The notes beneath the pieces were generated by a model. The model had not been told where the DNA came from. It saw nothing but the letters and a program-made list of their open reading frames with translations, and did no database searches. DNA of 18,133 nucleotides from positions 1-18,133 of the forward strand of contig JAJFTL010000036.1 of NCBI GenBank assembly GCA_021373025.1. The letters run 5' to 3'. Source of the DNA: a bacterium. GTDB taxonomy: Bacteria; Caldisericota; Caldisericia; Cryosericales; Cryosericaceae. The translations under genes and the position numbers were made by a program. How positions within the stretch are numbered: the stretch's first letter is position 1; the number at the start of each line of letters is the position of its first letter. Of the stretch, positions 1 through 7,705 are shown one piece after another.

Positions 1-178
1 AGGCGTCGACAAGCGACTTGACGTTCTGGCCACTGCGATCTACTTTGGAGCCACTATCACAGACCTTGACAATCTGCAACTGGCCTACTCTCCTCCCTTT
101 GGATCTCCACGCGATGCTGTCAACATTGCCGGCTCAGTAGCTGAGGCTCGGCTCAAATCCAGAGAAAATGGATTGTAG
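1..178 (+). CDS. 3' fragment (C-terminal dimerisation domain) of an FAD-dependent pyridine nucleotide-disulfide oxidoreductase (NADH oxidase / CoA-disulfide reductase family). The 5' end lies outside the window.
   Basis: Frame-2 translation reads ...ATAIYFGATITDLDNLQLAYSPPFGSPRDAVNIAGSVAEARL* and ends at TAG 176-178. The L-x-L-A-Y-x-PPF-x-S-x-x-D-x-VN-x-AG pattern is the conserved C-terminal dimerisation motif of the Nox/CoADR family. The gene is convergent with pduS. Confidence 0.5.
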   Translation, partial: GVDKRLDVLATAIYFGATITDLDNLQLAYSPPFGSPRDAVNIAGSVAEARLKSRENGL

Positions 179-240
179 CCCGAGCATGCGCAGTTGCCTA
201 TACAGGAAAGCATCCAGCTCAGCTGTTACGTCTCAGGCTA

Positions 241-1617
241 TCAGGCTTCTATGACAACGACCTGGTCCGTCACCGAAGTAACGCGCCCGGAGATCGATGC
301 ATGAATACTTGCTCCAAGCTTGCCTTCAGCGGGGCTGCCAATCAACTGGCCTGTGGTTACTGTATCACCAACCGCTACCATGGGGACCGCAGGCACGCCG
401 ATGTGCTGTTTGAGACTGATGCTCACCCTGTCCGTACGCACGTCAGATTCATCCCAGTCGACAGGTCCAGCATGATACGCTCCAACGCCCAGACGGGCGA
501 CCAGGCGATCCGTAGGAACAAGCCTCCCTTCACGAAAGGCGTCTGGCGTGAGGTCTGTCCGGCGATGCACGTCATTCTTCCAGCCGGATGCTGCAAGCTC
601 GCGCTTTATCTTTTGGTAGAACTGCATGGGCGAAAGCTCGAGAGGGCAGGAGTAGGCCTCACAAAGACGACATTCGCAGCACAGGACTGCACTCGTGAGC
701 ACGTCATTTTTGACGTTGATGCCGTAGGCGCCAGCTCTCATGATCTCATGAGGGCTGAATCCATGACCAAGCAGGTGACGGGGGCAGAGGACGGTACAAT
801 CGCGGCATTGGTCGCAGCTCGCTTTGCCACGCCTGGTCCAGAGTTCGAGGGAGCGAGACATGAAGCGAACGACTTCATTCTCCACCGGGAGTACCAGGAT
901 GCCACCCGTGGTCTTGGTGATCGACTCCGTCTTCACGTCGGAAACGAGGTGCCCGGTCATGGGTCCGCCGACAACAACCCTGAGCTCATCTGCGCTACGC
1001 GTATAGCCGCCTGCCAGTTCGAGCACCTTGTCAAATGACATCCCTACAGGAACGTAGACAGTCTTGGGGGATTTGACCTCACCGTTGATCGTTACGTATC
1101 GGCGTGTCACTGGTATCCCTTCGTCAACCGCGCGTGCAATGTTGGCAAGCGTACCCACATTCTGCACGACACAGCCTACATTCAGAGGCAGCCCGGCCTC
1201 GGGGATAAGACGGCCTGTGACTTCGTAGACGAGACAGAACTCATCACCTGCTGGATACACGCTCTTCTCGATAATATAAAGGCTCACCGGCCATGCGTGT
1301 GCATCCTCAGAGTCCTTTTGACGCTCAAGTTCTGTTTCAAGTGCGGTGACAGCATGTGTATAGTGCGCCTTGACTGCAATAAGTCCGCGCTGCGCTCCTA
1401 CGGCCTGCATAACAAGTCGCATGCCACGGATGACGAGTTCGGGATGAGCCGCCATGAGCTGCTGGTCACACCGCAACATGGGTTCGCACTCAGCCCCGTT
1501 TGCAATGACGGTGTCCACATTCTTCGCAACAAGCTTCACGTGAGTTGGAAACCCGGCCCCTCCCGCTCCAACGATACCTGCTGCTTTGACGCGTTCTACG
1601 ATTTCTTCGGGAGTCAT
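241..1617 (-). CDS. pduS: PduS-like cob(II)alamin reductase / RnfC-family NADH:flavin Fe-S oxidoreductase
   Basis: 458 aa. The N-terminus has GAGGAGFPTHVK, the NADH/FMN-binding motif of the Complex1_51K, RnfC and PduS family. Two 4Fe-4S ferredoxin motifs follow (CDQCRDCTVLCP and CCECRLCEAYSCP). A C-terminal barrel domain is present, which is the PduS domain order. The start ATG overlaps the pduT stop as ATGA. Confidence 0.8.
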   Translation of the reverse strand: MTPEEIVERVKAAGIVGAGGAGFPTHVKLVAKNVDTVIANGAECEPMLRCDQQLMAAHPELVIRGMRLVMQAVGAQRGLIAVKAHYTHAVTALETELERQKDSEDAHAWPVSLYIIEKSVYPAGDEFCLVYEVTGRLIPEAGLPLNVGCVVQNVGTLANIARAVDEGIPVTRRYVTINGEVKSPKTVYVPVGMSFDKVLELAGGYTRSADELRVVVGGPMTGHLVSDVKTESITKTTGGILVLPVENEVVRFMSRSLELWTRRGKASCDQCRDCTVLCPRHLLGHGFSPHEIMRAGAYGINVKNDVLTSAVLCCECRLCEAYSCPLELSPMQFYQKIKRELAASGWKNDVHRRTDLTPDAFREGRLVPTDRLVARLGVGAYHAGPVDWDESDVRTDRVSISLKQHIGVPAVPMVAVGDTVTTGQLIGSPAEGKLGASIHASISGRVTSVTDQVVVIEA

Positions 1618-2165
1618 ATGATCTTTTCTCTGACCTGATCGGCAAGCTGTGAAATGACTGTCTTGCGGACAAGCAATCCATCTTCCGTCGGCCTGACGAT
1701 GCCGGCAGCGACTGACGCCTCGACGTCGGCGACTTCACCCTCCATGAGCAGGAAGCTCTTGCCCCCAAGTCCATTGGCGAGACGCAGCTCGAGCAAATTC
1801 ACTTCCGCCGCCTTGGCCGCCGCATCAGATGCCACAATGCACGACGCAGCAGTGACCGTTTCAATGATACCCAGCGCAGCCCCGTTTGTCGTTTCAGAAC
1901 TGAGATCCAGAGCAGAGAAAATTGCCGGATGAGCATTGGGCAGGAACAATGTATCCACGACGGATGCACCAGCTATCTGAACACCTGCTCGCAGAGCATT
2001 GCTGACCTGGCTCGTGTCGCCGCGGAACAGGACCATATACTTTCCAGGACAAATCGACCTGGCCTCAAGTAGCTCTACCGAAGCCCTCTTGACTGCTGCA
2101 TCTGCAGCTTCGATGCCTGCTGCAACACTGTCTGTCTCGATGAAGCCAATCGCTTTCTCAACCAT
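1614..2165 (-). CDS. pduT: PduT-like tandem-BMC-domain (BMC-T) shell protein with the Fe-S-ligating Cys
   Basis: About 183 aa with two BMC (Pfam PF00936-like) repeats: IGFIETDSVAAGIEAADAAVKRA and ALGIIETVTAASCIVASDAAAKAAEV. An SICPGKY motif matches the PduT TICPGKF motif holding the 4Fe-4S Cys. An ATG at 2165 is preceded by AGGAGG at 8 nt. The ORF track start at 2171 is a GTG two codons upstream. Confidence 0.75.
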   Translation of the reverse strand: MVEKAIGFIETDSVAAGIEAADAAVKRASVELLEARSICPGKYMVLFRGDTSQVSNALRAGVQIAGASVVDTLFLPNAHPAIFSALDLSSETTNGAALGIIETVTAASCIVASDAAAKAAEVNLLELRLANGLGGKSFLLMEGEVADVEASVAAGIVRPTEDGLLVRKTVISQLADQVREKII

Positions 2166-2233
2166 TGTCACTACCTCCTACCGAGCTCATGTTCTGCAGG
2201 GTCGAGCACTACATGCCCGCTTCATGCATGTTC

Positions 2234-3154
2234 TCACCACAACTGCGCGACTTCGCCCGCTATGTTGTTCATCGCAATACCAATGGGCGTCACGAACAGC
2301 GGCTCCCCTGGTATGATTGTCTCGATACCGGTAACTTCTTCAATGACACGGTCCATGCCAGGAAAACGTGCAGAACCTCCACACAGGTAGATCCGCTTGG
2401 GATGATAAGCCTCAACGTGACGCGATACAATGGTCGCGACTTTTTCCATAACTGCCTTGACAGCCGGGAAGAGCCTGGCCTGTTCAGCGGGATTCGTTTT
2501 GAGTGCCTCTGCATCCATGAATGGAATGTGCATAGCCCCAGCGACAACGAGGGTGAACTGCGTTCCGCCAGTTGGCTCATCCGCCGTATACACGACCTTG
2601 CCACCTTCAATGACGGCAAGCTTTGTCGTTCCACCACCAACGTCGACAACGACGCCGCTGTCGATCTGAAGGATCGTGTTTGCAGCAGTGGCTTCATCGA
2701 CAAGTCGGGAACATTCAATGCCGGCTCCCTGCAGCACGTTGCCTGTGGCACGCACTTCCGCTAGAGGAACGCCGGGCGGATAGGCCGTCGCAGCTGATTC
2801 GATCTTGCGTCCGATTCGCTCTTCCACCTGCTGTTTCAGCTTCCTGACGATGCTGATGGCGCCCATATAGTCAAACACGACTCCTTCCCGCACGACCTGA
2901 GCAAACTGGTAAGCGCCGGCAAGAGGTGTCATGTTTTCGTCCAGGACGACCAGGACCGTATAAGCAGTCCCAAGATCAACGCCAACATGTAGTTCGCCCT
3001 TGTATGATACCGACGGGGCGGGCGTTCCGGCATAGACGATGACCTTGTCGGCTTCATCGAGGACTTCCTGCAACCTCGGGTTCATGCCCCCCGACTCTGT
3101 TGCAAGCTTCAGGGCACTCCGCCTTTTCTCATCGACCCCTGACTGTATCATCAT
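2234..3154 (-). CDS. eutJ: EutJ, an actin/Hsp70-fold putative chaperonin of the eut operon
   Basis: 306 aa. The protein aligns along its length with E. coli EutJ, including the VGVDLGT phosphate-1 motif, DVGGGTT and LCGGSA motifs. The first ATG overlaps the pduO stop as ATGATGA. An alternative internal start (MNPRLQ) lies at 3085. Confidence 0.8.
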   Translation of the reverse strand: MMIQSGVDEKRRSALKLATESGGMNPRLQEVLDEADKVIVYAGTPAPSVSYKGELHVGVDLGTAYTVLVVLDENMTPLAGAYQFAQVVREGVVFDYMGAISIVRKLKQQVEERIGRKIESAATAYPPGVPLAEVRATGNVLQGAGIECSRLVDEATAANTILQIDSGVVVDVGGGTTKLAVIEGGKVVYTADEPTGGTQFTLVVAGAMHIPFMDAEALKTNPAEQARLFPAVKAVMEKVATIVSRHVEAYHPKRIYLCGGSARFPGMDRVIEEVTGIETIIPGEPLFVTPIGIAMNNIAGEVAQLW

Positions 3155-3690
3155 GCGTTATGTTCCTCTCCAGCTTCTTCATATCTTGCCAGTGCAAACA
3201 AGACATCCGAGGTTCTGTTGAGATATGCTGCCACGTTTTCGTTGGGAAGTTCACCAGACTCCATGAGGCCGATGACCCGCCGTTCTGCACGCCGGACGAC
3301 AGCGCGAGCCAGATCAATCGCAGCAGCTCCCACGGTCGCTCCCGGTATGATAAAGACGTTGGGCATGGACACCTTGCTCTCGATATCAACAATACATTGC
3401 TCGAGCTTTTTGACCATCTCTGCAGTGACAATCCACCCATGCTCCGCCAGCCTGTCATGGTACATGGGTTCCGTCGCCAGTTCGGCTGCCACAATACCAA
3501 GATCCTTCTGGATTCTGTCCAAGATCTCGCGAGAGTATTGTCGAACACACAGAGCCTTTGCGAGACCCAGTGTCGAGTTCAGTTCATCTATAGTTCCATA
3601 TGCTTCAGGCCGGGGGCTATTCTTGGAGACGCGCCCTCCATACAACAAACTCGTCTGTCCCTTGTCTCCAGCACCAATATTCGGTTTCAT
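3151..3690 (-). CDS. pduO: PduO-type ATP:cob(I)alamin adenosyltransferase
   Basis: 179 aa. The N-terminus GAGDKGQTSLLYGGRVSKNSPRPEAYGTIDELNS matches the PduO/MMAB family signature (TGDKG-TSL ... R-x-x-K ... E-x-YG-x-DEL). The size indicates the adenosyltransferase domain only, with no DUF336 extension. Confidence 0.85.
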   Translation of the reverse strand: MKPNIGAGDKGQTSLLYGGRVSKNSPRPEAYGTIDELNSTLGLAKALCVRQYSREILDRIQKDLGIVAAELATEPMYHDRLAEHGWIVTAEMVKKLEQCIVDIESKVSMPNVFIIPGATVGAAAIDLARAVVRRAERRVIGLMESGELPNENVAAYLNRTSDVLFALARYEEAGEEHNA

Positions 3691-3714
3691 GGTATGCTTT
3701 CTCTCCTTCCTGGT

Positions 3715-3759
3715 GGGCAGGACGAGACCTGCAATGACACAGTCCGTCTCCTCCTGCCC
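3715..3759 (-). promoter_or_regulatory. Intercistronic GC-rich stem-loop between the 67-aa ORF and pduO (13 bp with one mismatch, 16-nt loop, no U-tract)
   Basis: Minus-strand sequence: GGGCAGGAG-GAGAC-GGACTGTGTCATTGCAG-GTCTC-G-TCCTGCCC. The pduO SD AGGAAGGAGAG follows directly. Confidence 0.4.
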
Positions 3760-3783
3760 AAAGCTACAATCGGGGCATGCCGC

Positions 3784-3987
3784 CTATCCGAATGAGACGG
3801 GCGGGCGGGGAGGCCTGCAGGACTCGCTGTCTCCGGCCGATTCTTCGAAACGGATCTCCATACGCCACTGCTTGATAAAATCAGCAGCTGATGGAGAGAA
3901 GCGCGTGCCGACTGGAAAACACAGAACGATCCCTGTCTCCGGTCTCCGTATCTTGCTTCTTATTTCTGCTTCGGTAACGATTCGCAT
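3784..3987 (-). CDS. Small hypothetical protein (67 aa) carrying an EutQ N-terminal-like motif
   Basis: VTEAEIRSKIRRPETGIVLCFPVGTRFSPSAADFIKQWRMEI aligns position by position with the N-terminus of the EutQ in this window (ISKFDIERLKSEGQTVLHLEPGDTLTPLARDTALELGIKL). It also aligns with E. coli EutQ (LITANDIRAAHARGEQ...SIITPEAREVADLLGF). An SD GAGGAG lies 7 nt upstream of the ATG. The ORF sits in the gap between eutC1 and pduO. Confidence 0.4.
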   Translation of the reverse strand: MRIVTEAEIRSKIRRPETGIVLCFPVGTRFSPSAADFIKQWRMEIRFEESAGDSESCRPPRPPVSFG

Positions 3988-4001
3988 ACAGCTTCTCCTC
4001 G

Positions 4002-4050
4002 CCGGGCCTGCTGGCCCAGGGAGACCCAGCGGGCGAACTCCGGTTCGCCC
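4002..4050 (-). promoter_or_regulatory. Two consecutive GC-rich hairpins directly after the eutC1 stop (8-bp perfect stem GGGCGAAC/GTTCGCCC with a CGGA loop, then GGGCC-AGCA-GGCCC)
   Basis: Minus-strand sequence: TAG AAACAAACCGACCGACGC GGGCGAACCGGAGTTCGCCC GCTGGGTCTCC CTGGGCCAGCAGGCCCGG CGAGGAGAAGCTGT ATG. Confidence 0.4.
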
Positions 4051-4068
4051 GCGTCGGTCGGTTTGTTT

Positions 4069-4824
4069 CTACAGTTTGAGCGCGACGCCGCTCACCTTCT
4101 GCTCCAACATGCGCTTCGCGATATCAACAATCGTCGCTGCAGCTTCCATCGGGTTCAGGCCCTGGCTGTAGATGTTCGAGATACAGTTCCTTTCGCCATC
4201 AGTGTCAGTCATCTTTGCCTTATATGCCATGTAGGCGCTGAGACTGGTTTGAGTAACCAGGCCGGGCCGTTCACCGATCAGCATGATAGCGACGTCAGGC
4301 TGCAGAACACGGCACACGTCATTCAACAGACGAACACGACCATTGTCCACATAGAACGGTGTCCCAAATGTGATACCGGCAGCCTCAAAACCATGTTTCA
4401 AAGCTGGCAGCAGATCTGGCAGATTCTCCATGACAGCAGAAGACGAGAGTCCTTCACTGATAAACACCTGAACCTGCGCTCCCTTCTTGCAATGAGCAAG
4501 AATCGCTTCTTCAGCTTCCTTGGTGAGAATGCCACCTTTCTCGGGATGGGCGAGGTAATCGTGCTTGTCCGTACAGACTGTGGAAACGCGAAGCGCAACG
4601 CCATGCTCCGTCAGGAACTCGTCAGGGATCCTGGTCCAGATCGCATCCTTCGCCGATGCTTCATCAAGACGGAACGACAACCATGCATCCACGGGAGGCC
4701 TGGCTCCTACACGCCCCGTTGCAATACGTGCAGGAGTTGCTCGCATCATTCCTTCGATCGCTTCGCGGTTGTATGGATTCTTGACACCCATTGCCCTGTG
4801 CTCAAAACCTTTTAGTTCACCCAT
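4069..4824 (-). CDS. eutC: Ethanolamine ammonia-lyase small subunit EutC, copy 1 (short N-terminus)
   Basis: 251 aa. The conserved TPARIATGRVGARPP motif matches TPARIGVGRAGPRP in E. coli EutC. The C-terminal ERPGL...SAYMAYK region is conserved. It lies 15 nt downstream of eutB1. Confidence 0.85.
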   Translation of the reverse strand: MGELKGFEHRAMGVKNPYNREAIEGMMRATPARIATGRVGARPPVDAWLSFRLDEASAKDAIWTRIPDEFLTEHGVALRVSTVCTDKHDYLAHPEKGGILTKEAEEAILAHCKKGAQVQVFISEGLSSSAVMENLPDLLPALKHGFEAAGITFGTPFYVDNGRVRLLNDVCRVLQPDVAIMLIGERPGLVTQTSLSAYMAYKAKMTDTDGERNCISNIYSQGLNPMEAAATIVDIAKRMLEQKVSGVALKL

Positions 4825-4839
4825 TGTGGCCTCCTGTGC

Positions 4840-6228
4840 CTACCAGAGGAAGATGTCAGACGGCTCGGCGGAGAAGATGGACGGATCGCCAGCTCTGTCA
4901 GTGAGTTTGCCATTTTTCAGCAAGCCCATTCGTTCCATCCAGCGCTCAAACTCGGGAGCCGGGTGCCGGTCAAAGACCTCGCGCATCGAGGCGTCATCAT
5001 GGTTGCTCGTGTCCTGGTAGCTCAGCATGACATCGTCACCCATGGGGATACCCATGTAGTAGACAGCACCACCAATCCCAGCAAGCAGGTTCGCCATTTC
5101 CTGACCGTTATGGTTCATATCAACATGGTTGACATAGCAGGGTGCCATGCCCATCGGGAATCCATGCATCTTGCCGGCAAACAAGTCTTCAAGAGTGCCG
5201 TAGGCGATCTGGAAGGTATCAAGATGGGTCTCCGGCCCGATGAACCCAGTGACATTGTTCACACAGAAAGGTCGGAAGTGACGGCCGTATCCATAGGTGC
5301 GGGACTCAAGTGTCTGTTCGTCGCAGCCGAAATCAAGACCGACCGACATCTCGGAGCCTTGGCCGGTCTCGAAATACATAACGTTGGGGCCTGCGCAGAA
5401 GGAGTACTCGCGAGCAAGAGCCCATGCCTCTTCCATCATCTTGAGGTCGATGCCGAAGCCCTTGTTGGCTGGCTCACATCCGGCAATGCTCTGGAAGAAC
5501 AGACCGATGTGTGCGCCACGTTTGGCGGCTTCCATTTGGCCGGTGATGTGCCCAAGAGCTGAGTTCTGGGTAGGAATCTGCCACTTTTCGATGAGCCCAT
5601 ACGTCATCTCAAGGATGCGCACGAGTGTATCTGGAGTTGGATCCACTGGGTTGACGCCGATAACGACATCGCCCGCACCATAGGAAAGGCCGTCAAGAAT
5701 CGAGGCACGAATGCCGTCGATGTCGTCCGTCGGGTGGTTTGGTTGGTTGCGGAAGGACATCGTTCCAGGCAAACCAATAGTGGTGTTGGCCGTTGTCACG
5801 TTAATGATTTTCTTGGATGCAACGACCAGGTCCATGACCGACATGATACGGATAACAGCAGAGATCATTTCCGAGGTCAGCCCGACACGAATTCGTTGAA
5901 TGTCCTCGTTGGTAGTGTTCTGATCAAGCAGGTATCCACGCAGGTCGGCGACGGTCCAACCTTTGATCTTGTTGTAGATAGTCTTGTTCGTATCGTCGAT
6001 GATGACGCGCGTAACTTCGTCTGTCTCATAGGGGAGAACGGGGTTTTCGAAGATATCCTGAAGGGTCAGATTCGCTACAACCCACTTGGCCGCGATACGC
6101 TCGCGTTCGGATTGTGCTGCGACCCCGATCAATTCATCGCCGGACCGCTTCTCTGCCGATTTGGCAAGGACATCCTTCACAGACTTGAAGGAATACGCCT
6201 GTCCTTGCAGCGTTGTTGTGAGATTCAT
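4840..6228 (-). CDS. eutB: Ethanolamine ammonia-lyase large subunit EutB, copy 1 (the more divergent paralogue)
   Basis: 462 aa. PNHPTDD, LSYGAGDVVIGVNP, NVMYFETGQGSE, GFIGPE and GIPMGDDVMLSYQ are EutB TIM-barrel signatures. The region after GFIGPE diverges markedly from canonical EutB and from copy 2. Confidence 0.9.
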   Translation of the reverse strand: MNLTTTLQGQAYSFKSVKDVLAKSAEKRSGDELIGVAAQSERERIAAKWVVANLTLQDIFENPVLPYETDEVTRVIIDDTNKTIYNKIKGWTVADLRGYLLDQNTTNEDIQRIRVGLTSEMISAVIRIMSVMDLVVASKKIINVTTANTTIGLPGTMSFRNQPNHPTDDIDGIRASILDGLSYGAGDVVIGVNPVDPTPDTLVRILEMTYGLIEKWQIPTQNSALGHITGQMEAAKRGAHIGLFFQSIAGCEPANKGFGIDLKMMEEAWALAREYSFCAGPNVMYFETGQGSEMSVGLDFGCDEQTLESRTYGYGRHFRPFCVNNVTGFIGPETHLDTFQIAYGTLEDLFAGKMHGFPMGMAPCYVNHVDMNHNGQEMANLLAGIGGAVYYMGIPMGDDVMLSYQDTSNHDDASMREVFDRHPAPEFERWMERMGLLKNGKLTDRAGDPSIFSAEPSDIFLW

Positions 6229-6265
6229 ATATTACTCCTGATTGTGAGATTCATAGCTCCTCCTG
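6216..6265 (-). repeat. Tandem direct repeat (about 25-nt unit) duplicating the SD, ATG and first four codons of eutB1, creating a 9-codon leader ORF (MNLTIRSNI*) whose TGA overlaps the eutB1 ATG
   Basis: On the minus strand the sequence reads CAGGAGGAGCT ATG AAT CTC ACA ATC AGG AGT AAT ATA TGA. The eutB1 ATG (6228-6226) overlaps that TGA and continues AAT CTC ACA ACA ACG. The 13-mer TTGTGAGATTCAT occurs at 6216-6228 and again at 6242-6254. Confidence 0.6.
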
Positions 6266-6341
6266 AAACTCTCGGTTCCTGGTTGATACACAAATATCCT
6301 CGAACATCGAGGCCGCGGCTTCGATACCCCCTGCACGACCG

Positions 6342-7586
6342 CTACGGAACGATTGGACTTGGCGTCGTTTTGCCAAGTTTGATCGTCTCCTGGAATGGAC
6401 GCCAGAGGCCAGTGTTCTCATCACGACCCTGAAGAAGCACCACGCGAGCCGCACTTGCTTGGCCAGGAAGTGCCTCCTTATACAGCGATCCAATATCTCC
6501 ACCCTTCACTCGATTGATGAGGTAGATCAGCTTCGTCTGTGGAAACTGGGTCATCATCTCAAAGTCACCATCGCTGTCGCCGGCAACAAAGAGAGGAGCT
6601 TCTTTGATGAAGTTGCGAATGACCGTTGCTTTTCCCATGCGCTGGGTCAGTTCATAGCCGGGTTCTTCACTCAGCTTGGCAATGTACTTCCCGGACGCAT
6701 CCGTCTGGAGACGAACGCCAATCACATGGTCTTCAGGAACGTCGTACCCGTTGATTGCGGCAACTGCCTGGACGACCGGCTCAAATGATGCAGATACCAC
6801 CCACACCTTCCAGCCATAATACCGCTGTTTCGACATCATGTCGATGATGCCCTGGGAAAGGCGGATGCCTGCCCTATATGTATACGAGGCTACAGCGGCT
6901 TTTCGCTCAAGACCTGTTGGGGCATGCATAGTAATCTTCTCGATCTTACGAGCAAGTGCATCATTGAGTGCGGCGACTGCCATCTTCTGGACTTCCGCCT
7001 CGGTCATCCCTTCGCAGAGAAAACAGACCCAAGGATACGAGTACTCGGCACCAATCTCGGGAGTGTCTGTCAGCCCATCATACATGAATGGCAGTTTGAC
7101 CAGAAAATCCTGATACTCTGGTGTCGCCGTGATTTCCTCCAGCGTCATCTTCTTGAGACCGATATAGTTGTCATACAAAAAGGCATAGTCGGCCTGAATG
7201 TCCGAGGCGAGGTCCGCAAGAACCACATTGCCATAATCGGCCGAAAACTTCACAACATTGGAATCCTTGAGGGTCTTTCCTGCAGCTTCCGGGATAATGC
7301 TGTTGAAAGCTTCTTTACTCATTGCATAGTCCAGGTTGAACATCTGGAAACGGAACATCGTCTCCATGATGTCATTGTAGATGCACGTATTATCCCAGTC
7401 ATAGACGGCCACCGGATGCGTCGGACCATACTTCTTGATAAACCAGTCCGTATAGATCCAGTTAAACGGTGTATAGCCAACGTACGTTCCGGACGGAACG
7501 CCGGCTGCCAGGGTGATACCTGAAACCGATGAAACGAGCAGTGCGACAAGGAGCACAATCGATATGATCTTGATGGTTCGTTTCAT
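6342..7586 (-). CDS. Secreted or membrane-anchored HAD-superfamily hydrolase (HAD-IB-like with a large cap domain)
   Basis: The start is re-assigned to the ATG at 7586, which is preceded by a GGGGA SD. The N-terminus MKRTIKIISIVLLVALLVSSVSGITLAAG is a signal peptide or signal anchor. HAD motif I is VAVYDWDNT (DxDxT). Motif II is VWVVSAS. Motif IV is LFVAGDSDGDFEMM. The ORF track extends the frame to 7748 through an intergenic hairpin, which is unlikely to be real coding sequence. Confidence 0.7.
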   Translation of the reverse strand: MKRTIKIISIVLLVALLVSSVSGITLAAGVPSGTYVGYTPFNWIYTDWFIKKYGPTHPVAVYDWDNTCIYNDIMETMFRFQMFNLDYAMSKEAFNSIIPEAAGKTLKDSNVVKFSADYGNVVLADLASDIQADYAFLYDNYIGLKKMTLEEITATPEYQDFLVKLPFMYDGLTDTPEIGAEYSYPWVCFLCEGMTEAEVQKMAVAALNDALARKIEKITMHAPTGLERKAAVASYTYRAGIRLSQGIIDMMSKQRYYGWKVWVVSASFEPVVQAVAAINGYDVPEDHVIGVRLQTDASGKYIAKLSEEPGYELTQRMGKATVIRNFIKEAPLFVAGDSDGDFEMMTQFPQTKLIYLINRVKGGDIGSLYKEALPGQASAARVVLLQGRDENTGLWRPFQETIKLGKTTPSPIVP

Positions 7587-7631
7587 ATTGTTTCCCCTTT
7601 CGTTGGGATGGGGCGTGCCTGGCATGTGCAA

Positions 7632-7674
7632 TGAGACGAGGGTCAGTTCACAAGAGCAGGCCAACCCTCGCCTC
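7632..7674 (-). promoter_or_regulatory. 12-bp inverted repeat (one G·U wobble) with a 20-nt spacer, located 45 to 90 nt upstream of the HAD-hydrolase start codon
   Basis: Minus-strand sequence: TGAGGCGAGGGT tggcctgctcttgtgaactg ACCCTCGTCTCA. It could be a 5'-UTR hairpin or an operator-like palindrome. Confidence 0.3.
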
Positions 7675-7705
7675 AGGAAACAATGTAACTTGCTCCACAT
7701 GATAC

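Noticed and set aside
179-240. Possible bidirectional terminator between the convergent oxidoreductase fragment and pduS (GCTCGG...CCGAGC complementarity)
   Set aside because: The stem is only 6 bp with a loop of about 28 nt and no flanking U or A tracts. This is too weak to call.
301-1038. Long plus-strand ORFs of 245 to 364 aa at 301-1038, 3218-4171, 4063-4815, 9074-10135, 13303-14397 and 15721-16416
   Set aside because: All lie antisense to well-supported minus-strand genes with clear family signatures. Their translations are low-complexity and Arg/Ser/Pro/Cys-rich with no recognisable motifs. Such frames are typical of the open antisense frames found in high-GC coding DNA.
1490-1774. 94-aa minus-strand ORF overlapping the pduS-pduT junction
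   Set aside because: It is an out-of-frame overlap of two strongly supported genes and is Arg/Ser-rich junk.
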